A stretch of 64,000 bases of DNA from a virus. The DNA lies in IMG/VR virus record IMGVR_UViG_3300028558_000018, positions 80,390-144,389 of that record; one strand, 5' to 3'. The position numbers were made by a program, and so were the translations under genes. Below are positions 9,712-19,491 of this stretch, piece after piece (positions within the stretch are counted from its first letter, which is position 1; the number at the start of each line of letters is the position of its first letter). The notes beneath the pieces were generated by a model. That model had not been told where the DNA came from, searched no databases, and saw only the letters and a list, made by a program, of their open reading frames with translations.

Positions 9712-10628
9712 TCTAGATTATATTGAAGATCAAAGTTTTTAACAAATTTACCCATTTGAAAAATCTTCAAAACAATTTCTTCAGCGCGTTCTTTATCTAT
9801 AAATAAAAATTGAACATTATTAAACTCTTTGATTATCTCTCTCACATTTCCAAAAACATAATCAGGAGAGACTTTCGCATACCGCGTCTCAAATTGATAA
9901 TCAAAACCCAAAGCTTTAGAAAATGGCTTCAGAACAAGCACAACCATATAGTGCCCCGCCTCTTTGCATCGTTCAAATTCACGGCGCAATCTTTGGTAGT
10001 CTTTTCCAAAAGAAGTTACGAAGTCTGAAATTGATTTCTTTTCAATAAATATACCACTATTATATGGTTCGTTTATTGAATAATCACCATATTTTAAAGT
10101 TTTTAATTCCGATTTTACTTTATTAAATTTGATAATTTGCTGTTCCCTTGTATCAAAATTTACAACAGCTTTATCCAAATTATTATATTCAAATTGCAAT
10201 TCTTTCGTATAATCAAATTGAGCTTTTAATCCCATGTCTTCACAAATTTTGTTATAATCCCCAAATTCTTGAAAAAATTTAATAGTCGGGCATGGCAAAG
10301 ATTTTAGTTCCACCTGATGAAAAGCCTTCCTAACACCCTTTCTCGCGACCCTTTCTTTTAAATAATTTATACCAAATTCCAAGCCTTTCGCCGGATCATT
10401 TAGACAATACTTTTTCATATTGTTTTTGTGGACGAAACAAGTTGAAAAATATTGATTATAATTCTTAAATTCAATTTTCGCCCCCGTTAATAAATCATGG
10501 CGCGGATAATAATATAGATAATACGCGGCTTGGGTAATTTTTAATTTCCTCAAATGAGAGTTTAGTTCATTTAAATTATTATGAATTGAATTATCTCGTA
10601 AACAAACAAAATCTTTTGGTGCATTCAT
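9696..10628 (-). CDS. ERCC4/XPF-domain nuclease
   Basis: FDTREQ..GDYSI..IEKKSISDF signature; ATG at 10628 abuts the upstream stop. Confidence 0.8.
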   Translation of the reverse strand: MNAPKDFVCLRDNSIHNNLNELNSHLRKLKITQAAYYLYYYPRHDLLTGAKIEFKNYNQYFSTCFVHKNNMKKYCLNDPAKGLEFGINYLKERVARKGVRKAFHQVELKSLPCPTIKFFQEFGDYNKICEDMGLKAQFDYTKELQFEYNNLDKAVVNFDTREQQIIKFNKVKSELKTLKYGDYSINEPYNSGIFIEKKSISDFVTSFGKDYQRLRREFERCKEAGHYMVVLVLKPFSKALGFDYQFETRYAKVSPDYVFGNVREIIKEFNNVQFLFIDKERAEEIVLKIFQMGKFVKNFDLQYNLDCKLL

Positions 10629-10629
10629 A

Positions 10630-11742
10630 TTAACCAAATTTAGCACGGTTTTTCCCAAATCCGGCGATAAGCCCCACAACGTCATCCATAGAGGCAAGTT
10701 CGTCCACTTCAAGAGCCTCTAATGTTCGTTGCTTTTGGGCGATAACCGCCAATTGTTTCCGTGACTCCTCGTGTTTAAAGGCTTCAAGAAGATGCAACAT
10801 AGTCGCATTTTCTTGTTTGCGCTGATCTTGCCGTTCGTTTCTTGCCCCCACCAAACCTTCTTTCAATTTTTCAACGTGCTTTTTAGATTCTTTTAAGCTC
10901 TCTCTCATTTTAGCTACTTGATCTAAATCCGCGTAATTCAATTTTTTCGCCCCTTCCTCGGTAAGATTTTCATGAATTTTATCGTTATAAAGTTGAATCA
11001 TTCTATCTAGTTGTGAGCAATTAACAATCTCCGCGCACAAAGAAATGTAGGAGTCTAATTCCTCTGGAAGTAAGTCGGGCTTATCATAAGTAAATGAAAT
11101 ATATTGACTTTCCATTAATTCCCTGTCAATATCCTTTACGAATCTATTTTGTTGCTGAATATATCTATAACTGCGAATATAGGTTAATAATGCTGTTAAA
11201 TTCCTTAATTCGTCCGGCTTGATATTCTCGGCGTCTAAGAATTTTTTATTCTCCTTTTCTTTGCTCATTACGTAAGTATTAACTCTCGGGATAAGCCTCG
11301 CAATAGAAGTCACAGGCTTATATTCCACATCACTAACGAGTTTATCTTCAGGAGCTATATAACAAGGATTAATTTCCACCAACGCATTGCACACCGCCCG
11401 ATACTCGTTACTAGCGAAAGTAATATTGATATTGGGCCAAATTAATTTCGCCAACTCCAGAGGCTTCGTGTCTGGATTATTTTTAATCAAAGTCCGCGCA
11501 TCTTTATCAATAAAAGGCAACCCCTTGGCATCTTTACTGGTTTTAATTTTCGCATCTGGATCAACATTATCGACTATCCATTTTTTAACCGCCCGCGCCT
11601 CGGCATTATGCCCATTAAGATTTGGATCGTTAAAAACTCGTTGAGTCAACGTTAATAAATCTAACCTATCCCAATGTTCGCGAATAGTTTGCTCTTGTTC
11701 GGGAGAGAACTTAATATGAGCCGATTTACTTGGTGTAGCCAT
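10630..11742 (-). CDS. Hypothetical coiled-coil protein upstream of terminase (possible small terminase)
   Basis: 370 aa ORF; function from position only. Confidence 0.6.
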   Translation of the reverse strand: MATPSKSAHIKFSPEQEQTIREHWDRLDLLTLTQRVFNDPNLNGHNAEARAVKKWIVDNVDPDAKIKTSKDAKGLPFIDKDARTLIKNNPDTKPLELAKLIWPNINITFASNEYRAVCNALVEINPCYIAPEDKLVSDVEYKPVTSIARLIPRVNTYVMSKEKENKKFLDAENIKPDELRNLTALLTYIRSYRYIQQQNRFVKDIDRELMESQYISFTYDKPDLLPEELDSYISLCAEIVNCSQLDRMIQLYNDKIHENLTEEGAKKLNYADLDQVAKMRESLKESKKHVEKLKEGLVGARNERQDQRKQENATMLHLLEAFKHEESRKQLAVIAQKQRTLEALEVDELASMDDVVGLIAGFGKNRAKFG

Positions 11743-11744
11743 TT

Positions 11745-11996
11745 TTATTTAATTAAGCCGTGATATCGGGCAGATTTTATAATTTCTGGATGCTCCCACG
11801 GCATACAACCGGAGCTATCATTAATATCGTGCCATTGTTTATCCCCAAAAATCGCAAATGCCTTATATTGGACTTCTCCGCCTCGACGGGAACGTAATAG
11901 ACAATACCAATCCGTTCTATCGGGTCTATATCCCGTTATTTCTTTCCAAACGTAAAAATGGAATTTATCAATAATATATTTCAAACAAAATTTCAT
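11745..11996 (-). CDS. Hypothetical protein
   Basis: 83 aa, tightly packed in operon. Confidence 0.6.
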   Translation of the reverse strand: MKFCLKYIIDKFHFYVWKEITGYRPDRTDWYCLLRSRRGGEVQYKAFAIFGDKQWHDINDSSGCMPWEHPEIIKSARYHGLIK

Positions 11997-11998
11997 AA

Positions 11999-12676
11999 TT
12001 ATACTATATCTTCTTTGGTTAAAATCTTTTTAGCGGCTTCTAAAATAACGTCTTTATAATTCTTGATTTGACGATAGCCGGGTTTTCGCCCTTCTTCATT
12101 GGTTTTAAAATTCATTTTTTCCGCCACATATTCATCGGTTTGATTTTCAATATATAGCATCTTAAATACTTGATACTGTGAGTGGTTAAGAATCTTTTTA
12201 AGTTCAATCTCCAAAAGCACTTTCGCGCCCTCTATATCAAAGAACTTACTTGAAATATTGCTCACTTCGTCAGTGTGATTCTCAATACTCACCGGAAGTT
12301 TAATGTCAAATGCATGTTTTTTGCCCTTTGCCCAATTTTTAAACATTGGACACTCACTACATTGTTGATGAGAAGGAGTAAAACGACAAAACGTATCACC
12401 TTCATTGCCCGCGCACTTTACACAAGGTTTGGTTAAATTGGCATAAGAATCTCGAATGATATTGATCAGCGCCCGCGTAATTACTCTATTAACCCAAGGC
12501 GCGAAATCTCTTTGTTGGTCCCATTTAGAGAATTTTTTCCAAATATGGAGCCTAAGAGACTGCGAAACATCCTCAAATTCCAAATGGGTATATTTCCATT
12601 TATTGCGCCGCTTTCTTATTTCTCCATCGATGATTTTAGATAAGTCTTCATAGCGTTTGGGTAAAATGATTTCCAT
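11999..12676 (-). CDS. Phage RNA polymerase sigma-70-family factor with Cys-rich insertion
   Basis: Region 2-like EDVSQSLRLHIWKK..FAPWVNRVITRALINIIRD; region 4-like LNHSQYQVFKMLY..EYVAEKM. Confidence 0.8.
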   Translation of the reverse strand: MEIILPKRYEDLSKIIDGEIRKRRNKWKYTHLEFEDVSQSLRLHIWKKFSKWDQQRDFAPWVNRVITRALINIIRDSYANLTKPCVKCAGNEGDTFCRFTPSHQQCSECPMFKNWAKGKKHAFDIKLPVSIENHTDEVSNISSKFFDIEGAKVLLEIELKKILNHSQYQVFKMLYIENQTDEYVAEKMNFKTNEEGRKPGYRQIKNYKDVILEAAKKILTKEDIV

Positions 12677-12682
12677 ATAATA

Positions 12683-13153
12683 TTATTCGCCAACATCCGT
12701 TGCGATTTGTTTTCTCATACTTTGTTGAGCGTCGGCGAGAATTTTTTGCACGTCAAATTGCCCACCATTAGAACGTTCGCCCGCTTCTCTATCAACTGGC
12801 GCGGTTGCTAATTCTTCAAACTTCATCTTGCGAGAGCTACCTTGAATTGATGCTTTGATTTCGAAAACTTCTGGCACAACATAATCTTCATTTTCAATTG
12901 GTTCGCCAAATTCATCAAACATGGGGCGGCGAGTTCTCGGTTGCTGATAATATTGCGGGACAGACTTCGCTCTGGGGGTCTGTGTTTGGGGCTGAAAAAC
13001 TTGGGCGGGGGCATTTGGCGTAATGATTTTCGCCGCGACACCTTTAAATGCCGAATCAAAAGGTTCGCCGCAGTGAGAACAGAATTTGGGTTTCATCCCT
13101 TCATAAGAAGTCGCCTTGGCGCAAGAAGAATTAGAACAGAATAGCTTAGACAT
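12683..13153 (-). CDS. Zinc-ribbon protein
   Basis: CSNSSC..KPKFCSHCG. Confidence 0.7.
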   Translation of the reverse strand: MSKLFCSNSSCAKATSYEGMKPKFCSHCGEPFDSAFKGVAAKIITPNAPAQVFQPQTQTPRAKSVPQYYQQPRTRRPMFDEFGEPIENEDYVVPEVFEIKASIQGSSRKMKFEELATAPVDREAGERSNGGQFDVQKILADAQQSMRKQIATDVGE

Positions 13154-13213
13154 AATAGAATTGGTTATAAACTATGTTATAGAAATTTCATATAAGCGTC
13201 AAAATTAAACGCG

Positions 13214-13246
13214 AAAAAGGTGTAGCCCAATAATAGAGCTACACCA
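13214..13246 (-). terminator. Rho-independent terminator
   Basis: GGTGTAGCTC-TATTATT-GGGCTACACC-TTTTT. Confidence 0.85.
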
Positions 13247-13281
13247 ATTTTGATATAGTGTGAAACTTAACTACTTGATAA

Positions 13282-13455
13282 TTAGAGCTTTTTTACGCCG
13301 TCTGAGACAGATTTGGCGGCGGAAACCACCGAGCTAGTGACAGATTTTGCGGCGTCTAGCCCCGCGTTGATGCGTTTGGCATTTTTCTTTTCAACGAGAA
13401 TACCAGCAGCGAAAGCGGTAGCGAGGGCGAGAACTGAGATAATGAATAGAGTCAT
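13282..13455 (-). CDS. Small single-TM membrane protein (57 aa, not in ORF track)
   Basis: MTLFIISVLALATAFAAGILVEKKNAKR...; late-promoter motif at 13483-13512; terminator downstream. Confidence 0.75.
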   Translation of the reverse strand: MTLFIISVLALATAFAAGILVEKKNAKRINAGLDAAKSVTSSVVSAAKSVSDGVKKL

Positions 13456-13526
13456 AGTAATATTGAGTTAAGGTTAAAATGAGATAACCACGATGAAGCT
13501 CATTGTGAAATGTGACAAAATTGTAA

Positions 13527-14567
13527 TTATAGTGAATCAGTTTTTTTAAGCACGGCATCAATATGATCCATAGCTTTAACATCAGGAACAGTTGACCCGT
13601 CTTTCGTATACTTAGTTTGCCACTCGCTTAACACGGGTGCGACTTCTTTAAATACTTCAGGTTTATTAACTTTGATATCTTGAATAGCACGGTAAGTATT
13701 TGATGCGGCGCGATTTGCAACAACTATATCATAAGCGACCCAAATAATTAAAATTGTAAACAGAACACACGCAACAGTTGTTATAACCCATTGAGGAATT
13801 AACACTATGCCAATTGCGATTCCCAAACTAACCGCCGCGCCGATGCCGAATTGTTTTTTCAACACGGGGGCAAATATTGCGGCGATGCCAAGAGCGATTC
13901 CCACAAAAGTAAATATTCCAATTAACCACATACGCTCTTTGTTTCTTGCTTCTTTACTTTTTAAGTCTTCGTTTTGCTGAGAGATAATTTTCCCATTGGC
14001 GTCATTTAATTTAGATTGTGCGGCACTAATTTTTTCATCGTTTATTTTCTCAATATCTTGCTTATCTTTAATAACTTGAGTAACTTTTTTAGTTTTTTCA
14101 TCTAGCAATTTATGCGCGGCCCCAGCTTCATCCAGAGTAGCATTTAATCTTTTTTGTAAATCTTCATTAGTTACCTTCGCAATATCCAGTTCTTTTTTTA
14201 ACAATTCTTGTTGTTTTAACACTCCATCTACAGAAGGTTTAGGCCCAAATGCAGCGGCGGCAATGACATGAGTAGAAGCAATTTCTACGGGACGACTTTT
14301 AATAGTTTCTACTTCTAAAGCTATTTGCGCGCCATATAATTCATCAGCATTTTGTTGGAAATTTCCTTCTAATTGTTCCATTTCGGAATCTTTCGCGGCG
14401 AGAATTTTTTGATTAGCCAATTCTATATCATGTTGTTTCTTTTCAATGACCAAACTTAGTTCTTGCGCGGCTTTTGATTTTTCCACATAGCCCAATTTAG
14501 AACTAATAGAGTTACAACCGGAAAGAAGAACAAAAAAGCTAAATAAGATTATTTTTGATAAATTCAT
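13527..14567 (-). CDS. Lipoprotein with long coiled coil and three C-terminal TM helices (candidate unimolecular spanin)
   Basis: Lipobox LLSG/C18; about 200 aa coiled coil; three hydrophobic segments. Confidence 0.6.
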   Translation of the reverse strand: MNLSKIILFSFFVLLSGCNSISSKLGYVEKSKAAQELSLVIEKKQHDIELANQKILAAKDSEMEQLEGNFQQNADELYGAQIALEVETIKSRPVEIASTHVIAAAAFGPKPSVDGVLKQQELLKKELDIAKVTNEDLQKRLNATLDEAGAAHKLLDEKTKKVTQVIKDKQDIEKINDEKISAAQSKLNDANGKIISQQNEDLKSKEARNKERMWLIGIFTFVGIALGIAAIFAPVLKKQFGIGAAVSLGIAIGIVLIPQWVITTVACVLFTILIIWVAYDIVVANRAASNTYRAIQDIKVNKPEVFKEVAPVLSEWQTKYTKDGSTVPDVKAMDHIDAVLKKTDSL

Positions 14568-14578
14568 ATTATCAAATA

Positions 14579-15061
14579 TTAAACAATGGGCTTATCTGGT
14601 AAAACAGGTAATGCCGTAATATAATTCTCTAAAGTAGGCTCAACTAATCCATTTTCTACCTTCGTGCGAAAATTATCCGCCGCCGTCCATTCCGCAGAAC
14701 GAGCGTTGAAACCAGCGGTTCCCTCGGCGTTAAATCTTGGGTTTAAATCTCCTTTATAAGAAACTAATGAAACTATATCATCGTAGCCCCAAGATTTTGC
14801 TAAAGCATCTAAACGGTTTTGAGAGTAATTTTCGCACGTAATAACTAGCTGTCGCATGAAATCTTCAGATGATTGAACAACGGGGGCGGGCGTCCATCCT
14901 GCGGCAAGTTGAGTAGAAACCCATATTTTAACGTTTTCTTCTGTGCTAGGTTCGTAACCAGAAGGACACAAATTAGCATAAGTTTTTGCTATAAGCGTTT
15001 GTGGATTTGGGTTTTTTTGTATAAAAAGTGGCATAGGATTAACCTCCAAGTATAAAGACAT
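14579..15061 (-). CDS. Tail fibre assembly/chaperone-like protein
   Basis: Directly follows tail fibre; LDALAKSWGYDDIVSLVSY..RFNAEG..W pattern typical of fibre-adjacent proteins; start may be 15034. Confidence 0.55.
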   Translation of the reverse strand: MSLYLEVNPMPLFIQKNPNPQTLIAKTYANLCPSGYEPSTEENVKIWVSTQLAAGWTPAPVVQSSEDFMRQLVITCENYSQNRLDALAKSWGYDDIVSLVSYKGDLNPRFNAEGTAGFNARSAEWTAADNFRTKVENGLVEPTLENYITALPVLPDKPIV

Positions 15062-16826
15062 TACGGACTATTGATATACGATGTTGTGCAGCATCAGCGC
15101 CGTTAGTAATATTCAGAACAACGTTATTATCACCATTATTGCCTATAGTTGTGGGCGCTCCGGCTGCTCCGCTCCAAAGAAGTGTGTTAAATTTTCCATA
15201 AACCGAAACATTCCCACCACTTATTGTCATGTAAGCTCCAGACATATTGACGGTATCAACACCCGTATCAGTTTGTGTGAGTGTTGTTCCGTCGTGGGCA
15301 ACCACCCACATACGGGCATTTCTAAATTCAAGAACAACACCCCTAGTAGCGGGTTGCCCAAACCCCAGTGGTTTAATTCCTATTCTAAATATACCGTTTG
15401 CTGTCTGAAAAACGTAATACCAAGAGAAAAATAATGTTATAGGTTTGGTCCAATCAACACCTGAATTAGAACCCGCCCCCGCCACACTTGCATTTGTGAA
15501 TGAGACAAAGCTCATTCCCGTTGTGCTCGTAGAATTGGCCGTTGTTCCGCTTTGCAGGTTTATATCGCCCGCAACTCCAGCGCCACACGATGCGGTGCCA
15601 GTATTAGTGGGTGTGGGAAGAAGAAGATCACGAATGCGATATTGCTGTATCAAATCAATGAGCACAAGTGATGTAACAGCTTTGGTGTTATCGGAAAATC
15701 CACGGACGTCGGCTGACGTAGCAAGGCCAGCTACTTCTCCTTGGCTCCCCGTAGTAGCAATAGTATTTACGATTTTAGCAAAACTTACACTTGTAGTATC
15801 AATAGTAATCGCTCCAGTAGTATTAATTTTCCAAGTGGTTCCGCCCCCCGAAGTCCCGCTAGTTATAAAAATATTCGCCCCATAAAACGCTTGCCCAGTG
15901 TTGCCACTAGAATACCAATTTGGGCGAGTCCAATTACCGGAATTCGTTACCCACGGACCATTTTGCGCTCCGGTTGTTTGGGCGGTAAGTAATACACTAT
16001 CTATTCCCGTTCTTGGAGTCGCGCCATCATTAGAAGAAACACCCGAGCGAGAAACAACATTTCCAGTGTATACGCTTAAACAATTGTATGCGCCAAGATA
16101 AATTGCGCCGGAACTAATATTTGAAGCATAAGGAATCGAAGAAATGAACCCGCTAGGATTATTCCCTCCGTAATAGCGAGAGTCCCCGCTTGTTAACGGA
16201 ATATAACCGCTAGGATTACTAGATTTTGGATAATATCTTAAATCTGCATTTCCAGTAGAAATCAACCCACTAGAATTAATCAAATTGATTTCACCTTGTA
16301 AATAGCCAGAAGAGGAGGTTAGATCGCCGCTGGAAGAGTAATTATTAGGATTATATGAGGGGTAGAAATTACCCGTTTGAGAAGCTAATAAACGATTATT
16401 AATATCATTTTGTAAATTTCCACTTATTAAACTCAAATCTCCACTGGTTGAATAATGGGAGGGATTATCTTTGGTATAATAATTTCCCGTTTGCCCATTT
16501 AATTGAGCGATTTCATTTTGCAGCGTTTGCCCCGTTGACTCCAAAGAAGTTACGAGAGCGTAAGGTGTTAAACTCGAAGAACTTATATATCCAGAAGGAT
16601 TACTACGTAAATAATACTCGCCAGTTTGACTATTTAACAAATTAATTTCACTTTGCAAAAATCCACTTGTCCCCGTGCTATTATCAAAATAATATTTTAA
16701 CGTCGCGGGATTTATCGCCGCGTCTTCGATTAATCCAGAAATAACCTCTCCGGAAGTAGCAAAATGGATTACTCCCTCGGCAGTATAACTCGCAGTAGGA
16801 ATGGGCTGGAAAATCTTATAGGACAT
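15039..16826 (-). CDS. Tail fibre / receptor-binding protein
   Basis: AS-x-T-xx-GVIHFAT fibre repeat; five YY-x3-NPSG(Y/F)-type repeats; S/G/T-rich. Confidence 0.75.
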   Translation of the reverse strand: MSYKIFQPIPTASYTAEGVIHFATSGEVISGLIEDAAINPATLKYYFDNSTGTSGFLQSEINLLNSQTGEYYLRSNPSGYISSSSLTPYALVTSLESTGQTLQNEIAQLNGQTGNYYTKDNPSHYSTSGDLSLISGNLQNDINNRLLASQTGNFYPSYNPNNYSSSGDLTSSSGYLQGEINLINSSGLISTGNADLRYYPKSSNPSGYIPLTSGDSRYYGGNNPSGFISSIPYASNISSGAIYLGAYNCLSVYTGNVVSRSGVSSNDGATPRTGIDSVLLTAQTTGAQNGPWVTNSGNWTRPNWYSSGNTGQAFYGANIFITSGTSGGGTTWKINTTGAITIDTTSVSFAKIVNTIATTGSQGEVAGLATSADVRGFSDNTKAVTSLVLIDLIQQYRIRDLLLPTPTNTGTASCGAGVAGDINLQSGTTANSTSTTGMSFVSFTNASVAGAGSNSGVDWTKPITLFFSWYYVFQTANGIFRIGIKPLGFGQPATRGVVLEFRNARMWVVAHDGTTLTQTDTGVDTVNMSGAYMTISGGNVSVYGKFNTLLWSGAAGAPTTIGNNGDNNVVLNITNGADAAQHRISIVRNVFILGG

Positions 16827-16909
16827 TGGAGTTGAATATTAATTACCCATTACAGAGCGATAAGGGAAAGGGAAAATAATTGAATAATGTTAAAATTAAT
16901 ATAATAATA

Positions 16910-18115
16910 TTAATAAGTTGGAAATGATGATAAATCTACTTCGGTAAGCTGGTAGCCTCCACCAAGCGTAGTCATCATCGTGTTGATTGCGGCCTTCTGC
17001 GGCGGTAAGTCGGTGCCAGCTCCTCCACCAGATATTGTCGCAACGGCCAGTAAAATTAACGAGCTATTAATAATAAGAAAAGATGGGCTTCCACTATCTC
17101 CACCTATTAAAAATTCATCAAATTCTAATCTTTTAGAATCAATAGGGGAAACATTATTAGCTAATATATAGCCACTATTTGCCGTATATTGACCGAGCCA
17201 ATCTTTTATAAGAGCTTTTTTTTCTTGATCCGTGCTCATTATAGCTACTCGATACTGCGCGCTTTTGAAGTAGTTAGCATAGTTAGCGGGTAAAACTTTT
17301 GCGAAATTAACACCTGCGGGAACATCGCTATCTAATACCGCCACGCATAAATCTGGAAAATATGGAACGTAAGCAGGGTGAGTAAGTTTGGCCGTTATAG
17401 TGCGAGTTACAACCGTATTATCTGTTTTAACGAAACGCATAATTGTGCCCACCTCTGGTTGATAATGAGCCGCGAATAAAACATGCCGAGGACTAATAAG
17501 CACACCGGCGAAATTTGACCCGCCCTGAGAATTCCAAGGACTCATACAAGTTAAATCGATATCATAGGCCCAGCATGAGACGTTGCGCGTGTAAATTGAA
17601 TTAATATGATCTTGAGTTGTGTAAATTGGTTTCGCGGAAGATGCCGTTTTCCCTGCTATACGAGAATCAACTTGTGCCGAAGCATGGCTACATGCGCACC
17701 CGCTTACCCATGATACAAAAGACGTAGTTAGTTGACCACCTCGCGATGCAAAGTTAAGTGAAAATGGGACCGAGCGAACAGACGAAGCCACTGTAATAAT
17801 AGCTGTGCCATCAGAGGCATATTGAATATTTGACCCTGTTACCGTTGCTATCGCTTCATTAGATGACGTTATAGTAACAATTTGTGATTCCGATCTTACA
17901 TTATTGATAATGGATAAATTCCAATTGCGAACTTGAGTCGCCGTTGTATAAGACTGTATTACCGCATCATTTACTGTAGATTGTCCAGTCGAAGTTCCGG
18001 ATATTTGAACCCACGAAGGAGTTGGAGTGCTTACATCAAACCAAAATGGATGCAACGAAGCCCCCGTAAACTTGCGCGTCGGTGCGGGGGTTGCCGATCC
18101 TCCATTTAGTATCAT
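16910..18115 (-). CDS. Ig-like domain plus trypsin-like serine protease, probably virion-associated
   Basis: SSNEAIATV Ig motif; LISPRHVLFAAH, PDL and GDSGSP triad motifs. Confidence 0.8.
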   Translation of the reverse strand: MILNGGSATPAPTRKFTGASLHPFWFDVSTPTPSWVQISGTSTGQSTVNDAVIQSYTTATQVRNWNLSIINNVRSESQIVTITSSNEAIATVTGSNIQYASDGTAIITVASSVRSVPFSLNFASRGGQLTTSFVSWVSGCACSHASAQVDSRIAGKTASSAKPIYTTQDHINSIYTRNVSCWAYDIDLTCMSPWNSQGGSNFAGVLISPRHVLFAAHYQPEVGTIMRFVKTDNTVVTRTITAKLTHPAYVPYFPDLCVAVLDSDVPAGVNFAKVLPANYANYFKSAQYRVAIMSTDQEKKALIKDWLGQYTANSGYILANNVSPIDSKRLEFDEFLIGGDSGSPSFLIINSSLILLAVATISGGGAGTDLPPQKAAINTMMTTLGGGYQLTEVDLSSFPTY

Positions 18116-18118
18116 AAT

Positions 18119-19465
18119 TTATTTCCCGACCCAGCCCGTATTACCCGCGCCAGATTCTTTAACATAAAGCGTAGTCGCCGCGCCACCATCAGTTCTTAAA
18201 AAAAGAGAGCCTACATTGGCCGTTACAACCGATTCGGGCGATCCTGTCCCCGTTTTAATAATGATTCCAGAGTTACTTATGTCTATCGCGCCGCCCGCCG
18301 CACTTGCGCCCGCAGAGGTGTTGATGGAGCCGCCTGCGCGGATGCCGTTGGCGGAAGTCGTGATGGAACCAGCGGCCCCGCCGACTGTATTTCCAGATGC
18401 AGCACCGCCGACCATCAAAAGAGACCCGCCAATGCCGCCTGCGCCTCCTATTGCGCCTCCCGTTCCTGCCGCGCCGTCTCCGCCGTTTGATACGATTTGA
18501 CCAGTGGCACCACCAGCCCCTCCGGTTTCGCCTGCGTTTCCGCCAGCACCCCCAGAACCGCCAACAATAGACAAAGCGCCGTTGGTAAGTTGGCCAACTA
18601 TACCGCCAGCACCACCAGCGGCAGACGGTCCTCCCGCTCCACCATTGCCACCCCGAACGGTTATTGCACGAGCATTCGCACCAGCACCGCCTGCTCCGCC
18701 TGCTCCGCCCGCTCCGCCCGTGCCACCCCTGATAGAAAACGTGCTTGTTGCTCCGCCCGCACCGCCGTTGGCACCGCTTCCGCCTGCGCCGCCATTTCCG
18801 CCATAGACCGCAAGAGGGACCGATGCGCCACCCCCGCCATTGCCGCCATTTCCGGTGCCGGTAGCGTGATTAGCTCCGCCATTGCCGCTACGAACATCAA
18901 CTGTTGGCGTGTTTGTCGATCCAACCGAACCAACCGTTCCAGAGCCACCTAGGTTTGCGCCAGCGACAGCCAGAGCGGTCTTCTGCACGACAAGCGAGTT
19001 AGCGGAAATAAGAACGCCACCGAGCGTCGCACCGTCGCCCATGTAAATGTATTTCGTGTCCGTCGCGTAGCCGAACTCACCCGAGGCCAGTGTAATGACC
19101 GCGAGTTCCGCCGCCGTTCCTTGGCGCACAATGACCTGAGCGGGGCCAGCGGGAGGCAGCACAACGTATCCGTTTTCGTTCGCGAGGTTCGCCAGATCGA
19201 CTATTACATAGTTGTTTCCCGTCGCCGTGACTTGGACCAGTTGGCCTATTTGGGAGGGAGGGGAAACGAGGGCGAAACGAACCGTATCGTCTGCAACCAC
19301 AGAAGCAATATTAATCTTTAAATCAAGCCCAGATTTTAACCCTTGCGGCGTAATAGCTTTAGTCGTATCGGTCCCTATTACGGCTTCTCCAGTTGTAGCC
19401 AGTTGAATAACCCCAATTTCAGTAATTGATGCATTAGGAATCGGTTCAAGAATATTATAGGGCAT
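18119..19465 (-). CDS. Gly-rich tail fibre/spike protein with Mtd N-terminal-like segment
   Basis: N-terminus paralogous to 15039-16826; RQGTAAE..LASGEFGYATDT..GDG; GGxGGxG repeats; C-terminal GSPESVVTANVGSLFLRTDGG. Confidence 0.75.
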   Translation of the reverse strand: MPYNILEPIPNASITEIGVIQLATTGEAVIGTDTTKAITPQGLKSGLDLKINIASVVADDTVRFALVSPPSQIGQLVQVTATGNNYVIVDLANLANENGYVVLPPAGPAQVIVRQGTAAELAVITLASGEFGYATDTKYIYMGDGATLGGVLISANSLVVQKTALAVAGANLGGSGTVGSVGSTNTPTVDVRSGNGGANHATGTGNGGNGGGGASVPLAVYGGNGGAGGSGANGGAGGATSTFSIRGGTGGAGGAGGAGGAGANARAITVRGGNGGAGGPSAAGGAGGIVGQLTNGALSIVGGSGGAGGNAGETGGAGGATGQIVSNGGDGAAGTGGAIGGAGGIGGSLLMVGGAASGNTVGGAAGSITTSANGIRAGGSINTSAGASAAGGAIDISNSGIIIKTGTGSPESVVTANVGSLFLRTDGGAATTLYVKESGAGNTGWVGK

Positions 19466-19491
19466 GGGTGATGATATTTACACGATAAAAT

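Noticed and set aside
18216-19406. Pro-rich antisense ORFs and PE-PGRS-like appearance
   Set aside because: Mirror of GGN/GCN codons; there is no PE domain and the context is a tail fibre.
18119-19465. Diversity-generating retroelement suggested by the Mtd-like segment
   Set aside because: Only the N-terminal structural motif is present; no reverse transcriptase or TR/VR pair was seen in the window.
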